Source: an uncultured Pseudomonadota bacterium (GTDB taxonomy: Bacteria; Pseudomonadota; Alphaproteobacteria; Rs-D84). Taken from it: DNA of 64,000 nucleotides. The DNA lies in the NCBI GenBank assembly GCA_902788485.1, contig CADAKI010000003.1, positions 5,032-69,031 on the forward strand, written 5' to 3'. Within the stretch, counting starts at the first letter, position 1. Each line of letters begins with the position of its first letter. Below are positions 63,533 through 64,000 of the stretch, piece by piece. Position numbers and translations under genes: made by a program. The notes below the pieces were generated by a model. That model worked only from the letters and a program-made list of their open reading frames with translations, made no database searches and was not told the DNA's origin.

Positions 63533-64000
63533 ATGAAAAAGTTTTTGTTTTCAATTATTTTATCGTTTATTGTATGTGGCGCGCGGGCGGAATTTACCAC
63601 GGGTGCGAAATCTGCGTTTCTAATTGATTATGATTCTGGTGCAGAAATCGTATCGAAAAACGCGGATGTGTTGATGCCGCCATCGTCGATGATTAAACTG
63701 ATGACTTTGGCGGTTCTGTTTGACGAGATTAAATCCGGTCGCGTGAAATTAGATGACCGGTTTCCGGTATCTGAAAACGCCGACTATAAAAATCCGTTAT
63801 GGTACCCGGCATCCAAGATTTGCCTGAACGCGGGACAAACCATCACTGTGCGCGATTTAATTTTGGGTTTAATTGTTGTCTCTGGCGGCGATGCATCGGT
63901 TGTTGTGGCGGAAAAATTGGCTGGCAGTGAATCCGCATTTACCGGACTGATGCAACGCAAGGCGGCGTCTTTGGGGATGGAAAAATCGACATTTGGAAAC
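63533..64000 (+). CDS. D-alanyl-D-alanine carboxypeptidase (PBP5/6-type, S11), 5' part; runs off the window
   Basis: Hand translation: signal peptide MKKFLFSIILSFIVCGARA, then PPSSMIKLMT (SxxK) and VVSGGDA (SxN-like). No stop before position 64000. Confidence 0.85.
   Translation, partial: MKKFLFSIILSFIVCGARAEFTTGAKSAFLIDYDSGAEIVSKNADVLMPPSSMIKLMTLAVLFDEIKSGRVKLDDRFPVSENADYKNPLWYPASKICLNAGQTITVRDLILGLIVVSGGDASVVVAEKLAGSESAFTGLMQRKAASLGMEKSTFGN

Overview
This 64-kb chromosomal segment reads like a moderately AT-rich alphaproteobacterium, most plausibly an intracellular Rickettsiales/Holosporales-type lineage. That placement is an inference from a DUF2155 protein, a DUF1013/TrcR-like protein, an AddA-type helicase-nuclease, the local gene orders, and a canonical G-1/C73 tRNA-His. 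About 45 ORFs are recognisable housekeeping genes: rimM-trmD-rplS, tsaD, xseA, recN, addA, hup, alaS, tgt/queA, era, bamD, murJ, rlpA, ligA, ssb, cysS, htpX, recG, rne, frr-uppS-cdsA-rseP-bamA, rpoD, rpoZ, mtaB and a partial dac gene. There are four tRNA genes, Lys-UUU, His-GUG, Ala-GGC and Ser-GGA, all with encoded CCA. I saw no rRNA, CRISPR array, transposase or integrase. Lineage-specific or unusual material sits between the core genes:
- A tandem family of small 4-Cys ORFs is wrapped around rimM.
- addA is split and there is no addB at this locus.
- A promoter, structured RNA and terminator unit precedes a tiny XRE regulator.
- AlaRS lacks the C-Ala domain.
- An orphan T7-type tail-fibre-like gene sits behind a promoter and double-terminator leader.
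- Next to it is an AT-rich six-gene surface-polysaccharide operon abutting tRNA-Lys.
- Two large orphan proteins lie downstream of tRNA-Lys.
- Two homologous, ORF-less, structured elements (about 230-320 nt) sit at the 3' ends of tRNA-His and tRNA-Ser, each with a partial duplication of the tRNA 3' end. I consider these the most novel-looking signal.

All calls come from reading the ORF translations and the DNA by eye. No database search or folding program was run.
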